A stretch of DNA of 64,000 bases. Origin: Candidatus Binatia bacterium (lineage in GTDB: Bacteria; Desulfobacterota; Binatia; Bin18). The stretch's first letter is position 1. Each line of letters opens with the position of its first letter. Position numbers and translations under genes: made by a program. The notes beneath the pieces are model-generated. The model worked only from the letters and a program-made list of their open reading frames with translations. It was not told the origin of the DNA and made no database searches. Below, piece after piece: positions 62,430 to 64,000 of the stretch. The stretch is taken from assembly GCA_951812575.1 (NCBI GenBank), contig OX638322.1, positions 1,237,925 through 1,301,924 of the forward strand. Reading direction: 5' to 3'.

Positions 62430-64000
62430 TTAGCTTTCCGCCAGGCGTCCCTTGAGCGCAAATAAACCTTGGGGTCGCTGCTGGATAAATAAGATAATAA
62501 AAATGAGCACGCCAATTTTTCCCAATACCGCGCCGGCGACCGGTTCGAGCAGCTTATTGACCAGGCCCAGACCCAGCGCCCCCACCACTGTGCCGGCGAT
62601 ATTCCCGACCCCGCCCAGCACCACGACCATGAACGAATCAACAATATAGAGGCGACCGAGTTCCGGCCCGACATTGCCAATCTGAGACAGCGCCACCCCA
62701 CCCAGACCGGCAATACCCGAACCCAGGCCAAAGGTCCACATATCAACGCGGTTGGCCGATATGCCCATGCAGGAGGCCATGGGTCTGTTCTGGGTGACGG
62801 CTCGGACCTGTAAGCCCAGGCGGGTCCGCTGGAGAATGAGCCAGACCAGGCCGACCACCAGCGCGACAAACAGGATGATGGCCAGCCGACTATACGGCAA
62901 AACCACGCCGTACAGGACTTCGGTGCCACCCGACAGCCAGGCCGGATTCGCCACCTGCACATTTTGGGCCCCAAAGATGAGACGCACACTCTGAATCAGC
63001 ACGAGGCTGATACCCCAAGTTGCGAGCAAGGTTTCCAATGGACGGCCGTATAAAAAGCGGATCACCCCGCGCTCCAGTATCATCCCCGCCAGCAAGCACA
63101 CCCCAAAGGCGGCCGGGATCGCGACTGCCAGATACCAGTCGAACAAGGCCGGAAAGCTCTCTTGAAAGATCCCCTGAACCACATAGCTGGCGTATGCGCC
63201 GAGCATCAACATTTCGCCGTGGGCCATATTAATGACGCCCATTAAGCCAAACGTGATCCCCAGACCAAGGGCAGCCAGGAGCAACACGCTTCCAAGACTG
63301 ACGCCATAGAAGAGATTCCCCAGGCTGTTGATCAGAAACTGAGTACGTTCAAAGCTGGCCAGAGCGGCCTCGGCGGCTTCGCGCACCTCCGGGTCGGCCT
63401 CGGCAAAAGAGCCATCTTCGTTTGTCGAGACCAGGGCTTCCAGTTGGGGCCGCAGCCCAAGGTTGCCCGACTCACCAATCATCCGAATGGCGTCCAGCCG
63501 CACCGCTGGGTCTTCGCTCTGGAGCTGCATTTGCGCCACAGCGACGGCCAGGACGTCCCGCACGGTAGCCTCGGTCTCGCGCTCCAGGGCAGCTTGTAGA
63601 GGGCCCATCATCTCGGGCCGCGGACGCTTGGTCAGCTCCTCCGCCGCGGCCAGGCGGACGGCAGCGTCGGGAGCGTGTAGCTGAAGTTGAGCAATAACCG
63701 GCCGGAGCGCGCGCCGAATGGCATTATTAATACGGGGCGTCCGCAGCGCGGCCGCGTCCAGCTCCACGGGCTCCCCACTGAGCGCATCGCGCAGGCTACC
63801 GTCTTCGGTTTTGATATAGATGAGTCCAGCCGCATCGACCCGCAAACGCCGGTCGCCTAAAGCTTTAAGAGCGGAGAGTGCAGCCGGGTCGTTCAGCGTG
63901 CCGAGCGCCGTTATGGCCTGCCGGATGTCCCGACGGCTCTTGGCTCCGAGTCCCTGAAGGAGAGAGGCCAAGTCTTCCCCCGCGGCGAAGGCACCGGGGG
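62430..64000 (-). CDS. urtB: Urea ABC transporter permease with N-terminal HEAT-like extension (probably 5-prime truncated by the window edge)
   Basis: LivH-type core (GVINMAHGEM.MLGAY). The N-terminal region has repeated AA.ALG.L.DP.A. The frame stays open to nt 64000. Confidence 0.75.
   Translation of the reverse strand, partial: PGAFAAGEDLASLLQGLGAKSRRDIRQAITALGTLNDPAALSALKALGDRRLRVDAAGLIYIKTEDGSLRDALSGEPVELDAAALRTPRINNAIRRALRPVIAQLQLHAPDAAVRLAAAEELTKRPRPEMMGPLQAALERETEATVRDVLAVAVAQMQLQSEDPAVRLDAIRMIGESGNLGLRPQLEALVSTNEDGSFAEADPEVREAAEAALASFERTQFLINSLGNLFYGVSLGSVLLLAALGLGITFGLMGVINMAHGEMLMLGAYASYVVQGIFQESFPALFDWYLAVAIPAAFGVCLLAGMILERGVIRFLYGRPLETLLATWGISLVLIQSVRLIFGAQNVQVANPAWLSGGTEVLYGVVLPYSRLAIILFVALVVGLVWLILQRTRLGLQVRAVTQNRPMASCMGISANRVDMWTFGLGSGIAGLGGVALSQIGNVGPELGRLYIVDSFMVVVLGGVGNIAGTVVGALGLGLVNKLLEPVAGAVLGKIGVLIFIILFIQQRPQGLFALKGRLAES

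Overview
This is a 64-kb window from a GC-rich, Gram-negative-type chromosome (BamD, OprO/P-like porin, T2SS pseudopilins, urea ABC transporter). I see no rRNA, tRNA, CRISPR array, integrase or transposase. Left third: a ~1650-aa cadherin-repeat surface protein built from near-identical 300-bp units; ppk1 with a Pho-box-like site; a BamD-like lipoprotein with a long acidic tail. Next comes a sulfur block: MoeB/ThiF-type E1, a CysO-like carrier with 12 residues after its GG, CysM, a degenerate second E1, CysD and CysNC. It is followed by secreted DUF839/PhoX-like and CXXCH proteins, a tandem CaiB-type CoA-transferase fusion, AKR, aspS, a dihaem cytochrome c, SDR and VOC. Middle third: an AT-richer mini-island (Mrr-like PD-(D/E)xK protein, orphan VapB, HigBA), five metabolic genes, then an 11.8-kb type I R-M operon (hsdM, hsdS, hsdR, DUF45 peptidase) carrying five passengers. 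Between hsdM and hsdS sits a translationally coupled ABC-type ATPase plus DUF4276/Toprim-like pair. Between hsdS and hsdR sit a 753-aa PIN-like/coiled-coil/membrane-anchored protein, an hsdR 5-prime remnant and a DUF1016 nuclease. VapBC follows. Right third: acyl-CoA/lipid genes, an orphan gspHIJK pseudopilin set, a HigB remnant, a porin, and urtBCDE-ureA-ureC with no ureB. My best candidate for an undescribed system is the R-M-embedded cargo, namely the PIN-TM protein in the prrC position and the ATPase/Toprim-like pair. A second theme is at least four families of short interspersed repeats, two of which lie in frame inside protein-coding genes. All calls come from reading the translations and sequence by eye; no searches were run.
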